This document shows, in pieces, positions 52,755-64,000 of a stretch of 64,000 nt of DNA. The notes below the pieces were generated by a model that did not search any database, was not told where the DNA came from, and saw only the letters and a program-made list of their open reading frames with translations. The stretch is taken from positions 82,708,001-82,772,000 of the forward strand of contig OZ024744.1 of the NCBI GenBank assembly GCA_964016885.1, given 5' to 3'. The DNA is from Eledone cirrhosa (Eukaryota). The stretch's first letter is position 1. Every line of letters starts with the position of its first letter. Both the position numbers and the translations under genes were made by a program.

Positions 52755-55644
52755 CAGCGCGCAAGGCCTACAGAGACCGGATTAGCGAACTAGTTAAGCG
52801 GGCGTTGACGGGGGCCATCGTCGACAACAAATGGTGGTTTGCTCTGAAAAGAGCGATTAGAATAGAGTCCATTATGTTTAGTAAGGCTTTAGCAATAGAG
52901 AAAAATAGAGCAGATAGAGAACTAGTTAGAAAATTAGACGAGGCGCTTAGCAAAGGCATCGCGACCGACGTACTTCCGGCGAATTGGTCCTTGACCAATT
53001 CTTCAATGCAAAGCACGAAGGCTGCGTTGTCAGAGCTAGGGTGCTTGCTCTCAGACACGAGGGGACGAAAGACGTTAAATGGGCCCGAATGGCGGTGGTG
53101 CGTCGTGGTAACAAAGCCACGATCCGGTCTTTGGTGGACCACGACGGGCGCATGCTACTCGATCCCTGGCAAATGTCTGAAGCTTTTCAGCGACACTTCG
53201 CACAGCTGTTCGGGGGCAGCGGCGGGCCGGAGCGTGGGATGGACTTCAGTGCCTATCTCAAGGGACAGCCGCGGCTCTCGGCCACTGAGGCGGAGTGTTG
53301 CGAAAAGCCGATAACAGCCGCTGAAGTACGGGAGGCAATGACTGGCTGCACAAGGGGTAAATCGCCTGGGTTGGATGGTCTGCCCTATGAACTTTACGTA
53401 CAGATGCTATACTTGTTCGGAGGACTCTTGGCGGACGTCTACTGCAACTGGCAACAGAACGGGACAATTCCAAGATCAGTGAGCCGAGGAGCGGTGGGGC
53501 TGCTGAGAAAGGATCCGAACAAGGGGGATAACATAAATAATTTCAGGCCCATAACTCTGCTAAACACAGAGTTCAAGATTTTAGCCAAGGTGCTAGCAGA
53601 GAGGTTGGCGCTTGTCGTTGGTGGTCTGGTCGGAGAGGCGCAGACATGTACCATTCCAAACAGATCCATCCACGACAACCTCCACCTCATGCGATACAGC
53701 GTGGAGAGGGTAGCTAGGGAACCTGGCACGGGTGGGTCCTTGATCAATTTAGATCAGTCAAAAGCTTTCGATAGGGTCGACCATCGTTATCTGGCGGCAG
53801 TTCTGAGGGCGGCTGGTTTTGGGCCCGTCTTCATAGGCGGATCGCTGCCATGCACAGCGACATCTGCTCTGTGGTGAGAGTGAACGGTCACCTTTCGGAA
53901 CCGTTCAACATCATGCGCTCGGTCCACCATGGATGTCCCCTCTCGTCCCTCTTGTACGTATTGACTCTCGAGCCATTACTGCGCACACTGGAGAAGTTGA
54001 GGCATGTCCCGTGCGAACTAGGATGCGGAAGATCCGTGTCAGCATATGCGGACGATGTCACCGTAGTGGTGTCGAACGCCAAACACATCGTGGCGATCGG
54101 CACTACACTAAGTTAATACGAAGCGGTGAAAGGAGCAATGATGAACCAGGAAGAGTCGGTGGGCCTGCAGCTAGGCACTTGGAGAGGCAGGTCCATACAA
54201 CCAACAGCATCGTCGAGCGTTGGACGGACGGATCGGTTAAATTGCTAAGGGTCTGGTTCGATCCGGACCTCCAGACGGACAAAAACTGGGACGAGGTGAC
54301 GAGCAGGGTGGCTTCTCTCTCCAAGAAATGGGCAGAGCGTAAGCTATCCCTGAAAGGTCTAGCGGAGGTGGCGTATGCGTACATCACGTCCGTCATCTAC
54401 TAACGCCTGACCATCGTGCCTTGTCCTAAGCGGTGTCTGACTGCGCTGGAGCGTTTGCTCTTTCGGTTTTTGTGGAAGGGACGCGCTCCGATGGTCAGGC
54501 GGTCCATCTGCTATCAACACCCGCTACGTGGAGGGCTGAGCATGCCGTGGTTGATGATGCGCAGACACGCGCTTAAGCTACATCTCCACCTCTTCCTCGA
54601 CGGTGATCAGGTGTGGTCGCCCTTTGCTAGACACGTCTTTCTCTAGCTCGTCTCCTTGGCGGAGCTGCAGTCCTGGGTCAAGCGAAGACCGAGAGGGAGC
54701 GCCTGGAGACTGGAATGTCTTCATGCGCTCACAACCCTCGACCAGTCGGGGAATGTGATCGGTGGAAACTCCACCTTGGCGTTCTCTAGAGGATTAGTGG
54801 AGGGGAAGTGCGACGACGTTCTTGAGGAAACTCTAGGCGTCGACTAAAATCAACTAGCCAATCTCTTCGGAAGAACTTTCGGGCCGGGGCCTATGTCAAC
54901 TTCCAGAAATCCCTGGCCTGGCAGTGCTACCGAGGAGCTTTGCCAGTTCGGGATAAACTCTACAGGCATGGAAGTGCCGTCAGCCGGGCATGTCAGAGAT
55001 GCGCGCAGGGAAACGAAACCATCCTGCACGGACTCGTCCAGTGTCCGAGCATTGCTGACATGTGGGTTTATATCGAACATCTGCTGTCGCGTGTAGGACG
55101 GATCCGGCTATCATCTGAGTCCATCGTGAGGATTGCCCCGCCCTCTTCCCTTAGCCGGGAATGGCAGGCAGTTTTTATCTGTCTGGTGGCCGTTGCGAAA
55201 GAGATAGTATGGAACGCTTACCTCTTCGGTGATGCCCTGATTAACTTTTTCAAATTTCATTTGAAAAGGAAAATCAGGCTAGATAGGGAAGTGTTCTCTA
55301 CCCAGCATTTTGTTGAAAGATGAGTGAGAGAGGCAGGAATGGTCCGAGTGAATGGGCCTACTTTGAGTATGTGCCTGTAAATTAAAGGTGGAAAACTGGG
55401 AGAGTGCACTTGCCGTGGTGGTCCTGACCACCACGGCAAGTGCCCTCTCCCAGTGGCTTTTTTAATGGGTTTTCTCCACGAACGTCCCTCGGAAGCCTCC
55501 CCCCTATTGGGGAATTATTTCACTGTTTCTCTTTTGTTACATCCTCGGTTTTTTATTTTTTTACACGCAGAAATGCCCATTTGTATTGTCCTGTATTGTC
55601 CTTAATGTCTTACTTTGAGTAAACTCTTGTGGTTAATAAGAAAG
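52755..55644 (+). mobile_element. Tx1 retrotransposon (TTA-type), 5'-truncated, disrupted (copy I)
   Basis: KSPGLDGLPYE, NFRPITLLN, DQSKAFDRVDH, GCPLS, AYADD, CQRC..ETILHGLVQC; ends CTCTTGTGGTTAATAAGAAAG(TAT)n. Confidence 0.92.
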
Positions 55645-55663
55645 TATTATTATTATTATTATT

Positions 55664-58600
55664 ACAATTGCATTTATCTTGCTTTATGATCATACGAGTT
55701 ATCACCAAGTCACAACCAGTGACCTCAAGAGACAACAAGGTGCGCCATGTTCAAGAAAGAATATACATACACACACATGCATCTTTAGGTGTTTAGACTT
55801 GTGATGTACTTATATTGACAGAATCGTCCTTAGTATATGGGCAGTTCCCATTAGTACTATCTTTTGTATTTATCCTATACGCGGGCTTCCTGGGATTTGC
55901 GATAAGTAATCATTAGTACCCTTAGGTATCATTCCTAGAGCGCCTACAACGACTGGTATTGTTTTAGTTCTCAATTTCCATATTTTCCCAATTTCAATCT
56001 CCAGGTCCTTATACTTGCTCAATTTTTCAAATATTTTTATAGATACATTCTTGTCTATTGGAACGGACATATCAATTAGCAGGCATACCCTCTTTTTAAC
56101 GTCCTTCAGTATTATATCAGGTCTATTTGCATCTATTTTTCGGTCTGTTTGGATGCTAAAGTTCCACAAGATTGAGATGTGATCTTTTTCAAATACGGGA
56201 GGTGATTGATGCTCCCACCAATTCTTTTGATGGGGCAGGTCAAAATGCTTACACATTATCCAATGTATGTACTGTGCAGCTCTGTCGTGCCTGTTTAGGT
56301 ATTCGGTTGGAGCTATAGGACTGCACATTGAAATTATATGATCAATGGTCTCTGGTTATTTTTTACATGCACGGCATAATGGGTTGCATCCTTTTTTTAT
56401 TATGTTGGCTTGGTAATTTTTTGTTGGTAGACACTGAACTTGTGCTGATATAATTAGTCTTTCAGTTTCCGATTTCAGTCCAGAGGATGCCAACCACTGA
56501 TGGGTTAAAGTTTTGTCAACAGGATTGTTAGCTCTTTCTGGATATTTTCCATACAGCGGCTTTTCTTGCCATTTCTTAGCCAGTTTCTGTAGCAGTTCTT
56601 TCTTTGCAGTTACTTTTACTTACTTCGCTTTTTCAGTGTTTTTCATTACAGAAGTAAATAGGACTTCTGAAATGTGTAGTCCCTTACTTTATCTTTGTGC
56701 ATCTTTTGTAATGGAGTATGATCTTTTAATGTGATTCCCTTAGATATGTAGATAATCCAATTGTTGCAGTTTTCAACGCAATATCTAACTGGATTAACCC
56801 ACGTACTCCTTCTTTCCTAGGGAGATATATTCTATCTGTATCTGCCTTAGGGTGCTGCATTCTGTGCATGGTTAAGAATTTTCTAATTTTTGTATCGAAC
56901 CTACGGATCTCTGTGCTTGACCAGTTGATGACCTTGTAACTGTAGGTTACTACTGGTATGGCAAGCGTGTTTATGGCATCGATCCTATTCCTTGCATTCA
57001 ATTCCGTTCTTAAGATTGCTCTTACTCTGCAGTAACATCCATTCCTTATCCTTTCCCTCATTGTCGAGTGCTTGATTCCGTCTCCTTCACAAACACCTAG
57101 ATATTTGTAAGTTTCCTCTTGATCAAGTTCTCTTATCACATTCCCCCGATCAAGATTAATGTCTGAACTTTTCAGCAACTGTCCTCTGGTGAATGTTGCT
57201 TTGGAGCATTTATCTACTCCAAACCCCATTTTAATGTCATCACTGAACGGCTTCACAGTGAGGAATAGCCCTTGAAATTGTTCATAATCTTTATATCCAT
57301 GTTTTGTTTCATTGGCCATTTTACTGAATGGTATAAGTGCGATGCAGAATAAAAGCGGTGATAAAGAGTCACCCTGAAAAATTCCACAATTAATATTAAC
57401 TTCTCCAGCTTCCAGTGATTTGTTTTCACTATTCAAAAGGAGTGTCGTTTTCCATGTCTTCATACTGAATGACAGGAACCTCCTGACAATGGGAGATATT
57501 TTGAAAATCTCTAAACATTTTTCAATCCAACTGTGTGGCAAACTATCGAATGCTTTTTTGTAATCTATCCAAGCAATTGATAGATTTTTGTGTCTATTAT
57601 GACAATCTTCCAGTATCATTTTGTAAACGAAAAGCTGATCTTTACAGCCACATGAGCCTCGTTTACACCCTTTCTGCTCATTAGGAAATAGATCATTTGT
57701 TATCAGGTGATCATATATATATATTCAGTTAGGACTGATGTTAAAATTTTATACATTGTGCTCAAGAAAATTATAGGTCTGTAATTTTTGGGATTGTTTG
57801 TCTCATCATTCTTCGGAAGTAGGAATGAAATGCCGTTAACTAGCCATGATGGTATCTTTTCTGGCTCCTTAACCATTTAATTGTAAAGTTGGGCTAACAG
57901 CTCATAAGACACTGTGAAGGCATTTATCAAAAAATGTTGTGTTTTTTCTTTCCCTGGGGATTTCCATTTGCTGGATTTTCTAAGACCTAAACGCAGATGT
58001 TCAACTGTTATATTTTCCCATGTTTGTTCCTCAAGGTGAGCTGTATCTTTCATTTGTTTGTCTATCCATGGGGCATGTATATCATGGACTTTTTCTTCGG
58101 CCCAGATCTTTTCCCAGAATTCTTGCACTTCCTCCTTGTGTGGTATTGATTTAGCAGTTATTCTTGAATTGCCAATTTTTCTGTAGAACTTCCTTTGGTT
58201 GATTTTGAACATATTATTGTCCTTATAGAATCTAGATAGTTTTTCAAAGCACCTTATACGAGCAGCTTTAGCCGACACTTTTGCTTGTTTATTTCTATCA
58301 GCATATCTATGTCACTTGTTGATTTTATACTGTATTTCTTTTGAATTTTCTAAGTTTTGTTTGTTTAACATGTTCACCTACTTTGTAGTTTGTTAACATT
58401 TCTATGTCAGATCGGAGAAGGTTTATTTGGCGTTTGATGTTCTCTTGCCAAGTAGATTTCTTGTGGGAATTCCTTTGTTTTTTCATTTTCACTCCACATA
58501 AGTGAGTGGTGACTTTAGCCGATCCATAATAGAGATGATTAAGATCAGTAATGTTTAGTTTGTTTGTGATGATAATGTTTTTGAGAATTATGTTATTCTT

Positions 58601-59478
58601 GTGTATTATCTTTTGGTTCTGTTTGGAGTTCTGGATCTTAGGGAGAGTGTCTCGTTCCCCCATGTCACAATATTTGATTTTCATCCATTCAATCATAATT
58701 TCATTCTTCAAGTTGGCAAGTTCATCCTCATTCATTTCTTTATCATTTACGATCTCATTGTTTTCATTTTGAGTTTCATCTTGAGCATGCACTCCCTCCA
58801 CTTTTTCGATCCTTTCTTTAATTTGTTCTGCTGTCACTGATTCCGTCCCAACCCTGGGATTCGAAGTGTTACAATTTACCTCGTTTTCACTGACACATGT
58901 TTCATTTTCCCTTCGCTGACTTTGTGCTAATAGCTTGATCTAATTAATTTCTATATCAGTTAGTAACTTTTTTAAAACTATATTTCTTCGTATATTGGCT
59001 AGTTTGTTACTGTCAATATAGCCTCTGTTTTCGGTATGTTTCTTTTTCCAGTTGATATATGTCTGTTCTGTATTCGATGTATTTGATGGGTAGTACATGG
59101 CAGTGTAGAAAGCCACAAGAACTTCTTTATTGTCTTCCCTTGACTATTTTTCTCTCTTTTTCTTTGGATTTCTTGGTGGTGAGCATGGAAGGCCGACAGT
59201 AGGAGTATTCCGGTTATGGGAGGTCTCCAGCTCCGAAGTGATGGGAAGGTTTGAACGATTAGCTGATTTTGCGACTCCAGTTTGGTTCCTCTCTGAGGGA
59301 CGCGGCCCTTTCTGACCCGAGTGACGGCCGACTCGGTATGAGATATTATCATTTGACATTGACTTTATTTTGTTGCGTTTTATCCTTAACCGCCAAGGGG
59401 TAATCATTTCGTGTTACCCCTCCTAGGACGAGTGTCAACCAAGACGAGAGGGTCGTCCTCCCCTAGAGACGCGACTAT
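55664..59478 (-). mobile_element. R4/Dong-type RLE retrotransposon, near full length, disrupted
   Basis: NNMFKINQRKFY, WKSPG, WIDYKKAFDSLPH, GIFQGDSLSPLLF, RHD, RPDIIL, EKLSKYKDL, IPVVVGALG; 3' (TAA)n, 5' (TAA)n(GAA)n. Confidence 0.92.
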
Positions 59479-59648
59479 TCTTCTTCTTCTTCTTCTTCTT
59501 CTTCTTCTTCTTCTTCTTCTTCTTCTTCTTCTTCTTCTTCTTCTTCTTCTTCTTCTTCTTCTTCTTCTTCTTCTTCTTCTTCTTCTTCTTCTTCTTCTTC
59601 TTCTTCTTTATTATTATTATTTTTATTATTATTATTATTATTATTATT
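59478..59648. repeat. (TTC)n(TTA)n compound microsatellite between head-to-head Dong and Tx1
   Basis: Direct inspection. Confidence 0.95.
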
Positions 59649-60335
59649 GGCGACCTACGTAGTAAATCGTATCATCGTGAGCTCCGCAAAGGTTTGTTAT
59701 TTTCAGTTGTTTAAAATTGCCATTCATGGAAAATTTTTATTGTTAACTGTATATAAGTGCACACACATTATTGTGAAAAGGACACCCAAAAAGATTGGGG
59801 TCTTGAGCCCAAAATTTAAACTTTTATAATTATCAAACAAAAATTTTTCTTTGAAAAATTATGGCTGACTCAGAGTCACTCCTTTCTCACAAACTAACAC
59901 CTCACACCACCATTGTAAATATTACTACGTTTGCCAACACTAAAAATATAAGCAGTAGCAATATTTTAAATTTGTCTCAGGCAGACATTCATTTCCCGCC
60001 ATTACCAATGACTGTAGGTGTTAAAGCCGCCACCACAACCACCACCGTGACAACCCCACCCCCACCACCACCGCGACAACAGAAACAAAAGAAAAAATAA
60101 ATTAACTCGTGATATCGAAATGAATTCAACCAAAATGAACTCTTCCACACCGAACACCACTGACGCCACCACCACCACAACTGAAACTAAAATTAATAAT
60201 AACAAAAATAACGATAACAATAACAGCAACAATGACATTAAGAAAACCACCCTGAGTTTGCCAGAGTAGCAAATCAGTGCGAAGCATTTCAGGTAACTCA
60301 GGAGGAATTAGAAGCCAAAAAAATGGTAAAGAAAG

Positions 60336-61801
60336 ATGGGTACAGGGTCAGCCCCCCTCCCCCCCACACCTAATAAAATGGAGCATCGGCGCCTATGCAC
60401 CGTGTCTTATCGAACAATTAATATAAAATCGCGCCGAGTGGAACGAGCATCCGAGTCCCAAATCCAAAAAGCTTTGGGACATGTGTGGGCAAAAAAAACA
60501 CACATCAGACGTGGGCAGAAGTATGGAACCGTGGACGTGTTCTTTGAAACACCACAGGAGGCTAGAGAACACTCCATGGACCCATTAAGAAGTGACGACT
60601 TCACACTAGTCCCAAGCTATTGTGGCCAGAGACTCGTAAAGATCAGGGTCACCCACGTTCCAACGGCCATCGAAATTCCCTGGCTAATGGCTGCCGTCCT
60701 CGCCAGCATCGAAGCCAACACAAAGATAATCGAAATAGCGAAAGAAAAGCAGGAGAACTGGTCCGGATCTGGGATGGAGCTCCTGATCCAAGCGGACCAA
60801 AAAAGCATTGAGGAGATCCCAGAGGTAATAGACCTCACTGACGGCAGCCACCTCACCGTATTTGTCGAGGGCAGAAGGCCTAGGTGTGTCGTTTGTGGTG
60901 AAGGAACCCACCTAAGGGCTTTCTGCCCTCAGACTAAAAGGTTGAGGCCACCTCTCCTACCGACCCCAGTGACTCAACCATCAACCCCACCAGCAGCAGA
61001 AATGGCAGCAACAACTGTAGCGGCAACAACAGAAGCAACTGTAACAGCAACAACCACAGCAACAATAGCAAAACCAACACCACCACCACCCAACGCGCCA
61101 GAACTAGCACCAGCGCCTACACCATCCACCACGCCACAACCAAAAGTAACGCCTGTGGAGGATTTTCCACTCCCCGGCATATCACAACTGGAGACAGATT
61201 GTGACGACGAGGAGTGGGAAACGGTATCAGGAAAAAAGAAAAAAAAAACAAAAAAGAAAAAAATTCTCTTCCTTGCCCCTCCAAAAACAAAATACAGAGG
61301 GAAACAAATAAACTATCAAACAAAAAAGTTAGGACAGATATGCCACCATCCACACCAGCATCACCAGCCTCATCACCCCAAACACCAACAGCATCACCAT
61401 CATTAACCCCAACACCACCATCACATACACCACAAAAGTCACCAAAAAGCGAAACAGAAACAAACCCACAACAAACACAAACAAAACAAAACGACCAAAA
61501 CGATACACACTACACAGCATTAAATTTGAACAACAACCAATTATTACACTACATCCAATACAACACCAGCATCACAGAAAAAGACTACACAACAACCCAA
61601 AAGTTCACACCACCTCCACACATACAAATCGCTCGCATCACACAGAAAACGTACATGACACTAAAACAAAAATTCCCCAAAGACATCGGAGACTTCCGAC
61701 AAGGACTCTCCAGGAGGATTTATAAGGACATCCTTCCTGAGGAGACCACAAGCAGTGAAAAGGATGGAGAAACCGTCCTTCCTCTACGAGAAGTAAGGTA
61801 A
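60336..61801 (+). pseudogene. Tx1 ORF1 (frameshifted; the true start is probably upstream)
   Basis: GQKYGTV, VEGRRPRCVVCGEGTHLRAFCP; continues in 61214-61801 after an A-run frameshift. Confidence 0.85.
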
Positions 61802-61835
61802 GTGGTATTTCCCATCTTTTCCACTCCATTTCAAC

Positions 61836-64000
61836 ATGACCTCACTCAGAATAGGCAGCATAAATGCGCGTGACTTGGGGTCGTCATGGAAGCAGGGCCA
61901 CCTGCTCAACGACCCCAGGTCACTAAACATAGATGTAGTGGCCATCAGCAAGACCAGAATCTCCGAAGCACGGGCCATCGCACCGATCTTTGGTAGCTAC
62001 GATGTGTACGCATCTCCCAGCCGCCTGGGATCGGGGAGAGGAGTTACTGTGCTTTTTCGGAGAGGTTTGGATCTTGCCATACGGACCATCTTCCTGGACC
62101 CAGAGGGTAAGTTGGTGGTGCTGGACGTGACCAGCGGAGACGGGCAAGCTTTAAGGAAAGTGGCCGTCTACGCCCCGACAGGAGCAGGGCGGCCTGATTT
62201 ATTCCGGCGTCTGGAGACCTTTCTTGGAACGTCCCGCTCTTTAGTGTTAGTGGGCGACTGGAACGGGATCTTAGATACTCGCTGGGACTGTGTGGGATTA
62301 GCGGATAGGGGAGGAGGGTGCAAGAGTCTCACCAACCTGCTCAGGCGTTTTGAACTGTCTGACAGGTATCCATTGGATTTCCCGAATGTACCAATGTGGA
62401 CTTGGACAAATCGCATAGGGTCATCCAGATCATATCTAGATAGAGTATTTTGTAGGGAAATAGATAGGTCTAGCATAGACTGTCCACAATTCAAGATAGT
62501 CAGCTACATGGACCACAAATTCGTGATCTGTGTGCTTGACTTAGATAGGCTTCATAGACGAGGACCCGGCTACTGGAAGCTAAATGCGTCCTTACCAGCG
62601 CGCAAGGCCGACAGAGACCGGATTAGCGAACTAGTTAAGCAGGCGTTGACGGGGGCCATCGTCAACAACAAGTGGTGGTTTGCTCTGAAAAGAGCAATTA
62701 AAGTAGAGTCCAATAGGTTTAGTAAGGCTTTAGCAATAGAGAAAAATAGAGCAGAGGGAGAATTAGTTAGAAAATTAGACGAGGCGCTCAGCCAAGATAT
62801 CGCAACCGATGTACTTACGGCGAAATGGCCCTTGACCAATTCTTCAATGCAAAGCACGAAGGCTGCGATGTCAGAGCTAGGGTGCGTACTCTCAGACACG
62901 AGGGGACGAAAGCCGTTCAATGGGCCCGTGTGGCGGAGGCGCGTCGTGGCAACAAATTCACGATCCGGTCTTTGGTGGCCCACGACGGGCGGATGCTACT
63001 CGATCCCGGGCAAATGTGTGAAGCTTTTCAGCGACAATTTGCACAGCTGTTCGGGGGCAGCGGCGGAGTGGATCGAGGGATGGACTTTAGTGTTTACCTC
63101 GACGGACTGCCGCGGCTCTCGGCCACTGAGGCGGGGTGTTGCGAAAAGCCGATAACAGCCGCTGAAGTACGGGAGGCAATGACTGGCTGCACAAGGGGTA
63201 AATCGCCTGGTTTGGATGGTCTGCCGTATGAACTTAACGTACAGATGCCAGACTTGTTCGGAGGCCTCTTGGCGGACGTCTACTGCAACTGGCAACAGAA
63301 CGGGAGAATTCCCAACTCTGTGAGTCGACGAGCTGTGGTGCTGCTGAGAAAGTATCCGAACTAGGCCGATAACATAGATAATTTTAGGCCCATATCTCTG
63401 CTAAACACAGAGTTCAAGATTTTGGCCAAGGTGCTAGCAAAGAGGTTGGCGCTTGTGGTTGGTGGTCTGGTGGGAGAGGCGCAGACGTGAGCCATTCCCA
63501 ACAGATCCATCCACGACAACCTCCACCTCATGCGATACATCGTAGAGAGCGTATCTAGGGAACCTGGCACGGGTGGGTCCTTGATCAATTTAGATCAGTC
63601 GAAAGCTTTCGATAGGGTCGACCATCGTTACCTAGCGGCAGTCCTGAGGGCGGCTTGCTTTGGGCCCGTCTTCAGAGGCTGGATCGCTGCCATGCACAGC
63701 GACATCTGCTCTGTGGTGAGAATGAACGGTTACCTTTCGGAACCGTTCAACATCATGCGCTCGGTCCGCCAAGGATGTCTCCCTCTCGTCCCTCTTGCAC
63801 GTATTGACTCTCGAGCCATTACTGCACAAACTGGAGACGTTGAGGGGCACCTGGAGAGGCAGGTCCATGCCGTCCAACAGCGTCGTCGGGCGCTGGACGG
63901 ACGTACCGGTTACATTGCTAGGTGTCTGGTTCGGTCCGGATCTCCAGACGGACAAAAACTGGGACGAGGTGACTAGCAGGGTGGCTTTTCTCACCCAGAA
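61836..64000 (+). pseudogene. Tx1 ORF2: open APE endonuclease then disrupted RT
   Basis: MTSLRIGSINARDL, VYAP, GDWN, SYLDRVF, GPGYWKLN; frameshift at ~62825, stops at ~63362 and ~63488. Confidence 0.9.

Larger units (their letters stand above)
59649..64000 (+). mobile_element. Tx1 retrotransposon (TTA-type) with 5' end present, runs off the window (copy J)
   Basis: Starts GGCGACC directly after (TTA)n; ORF1 with CCHC knuckle; ORF2 with EN and RT. Confidence 0.92.

Noticed and set aside
52975-62835. Programmed frameshift shared by Tx1 copies I and J after the EN domain
   Set aside because: The copies lose different bases of a probable GCG AAA TTG (GCGAATTG versus GCGAAATG), other copies are in frame and there is no slippery heptamer; decay or indel error is more likely.

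Overview
Eukaryotic, repeat-saturated window with no host protein-coding exon that I can support. The SINE family and microsatellite load suggest an octopus/cephalopod genome, but that is inference. It holds about 10 copies or fragments of L1/Tx1-clade non-LTR retrotransposons (CCHC-knuckle ORF1; APE endonuclease + RT + C-terminal Zn finger ORF2) in two lineages, one abutting (TATC)n and one abutting (TTA)n. It also holds two R4/Dong-type RLE retrotransposons in (TAA)n, more than 12 tRNA-derived SINE copies, a Helitron nested in a Tc1/mariner remnant, an RTE fragment, an 84-bp minisatellite and many microsatellites. The most interesting signal is invisible in the ORF track: a dozen or more short non-coding inserts inside (TA)n tracts carry type-I hammerhead ribozyme motifs (Penelope-like/retrozyme-like). 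Several fold back into palindromes centred on ribozyme stem II, and one is a ~686-bp unit with terminal redundancy as expected from a circular or tandem RNA template. Other leads are a SINE 3' tail matching the Tx1 3' tail, a splice-donor consensus overlapping the Tx1 ORF1 stop, and opposite-orientation sharing of TAA/TTA tracts by Dong and Tx1. All alignments and folds were done by eye; element boundaries are approximate.
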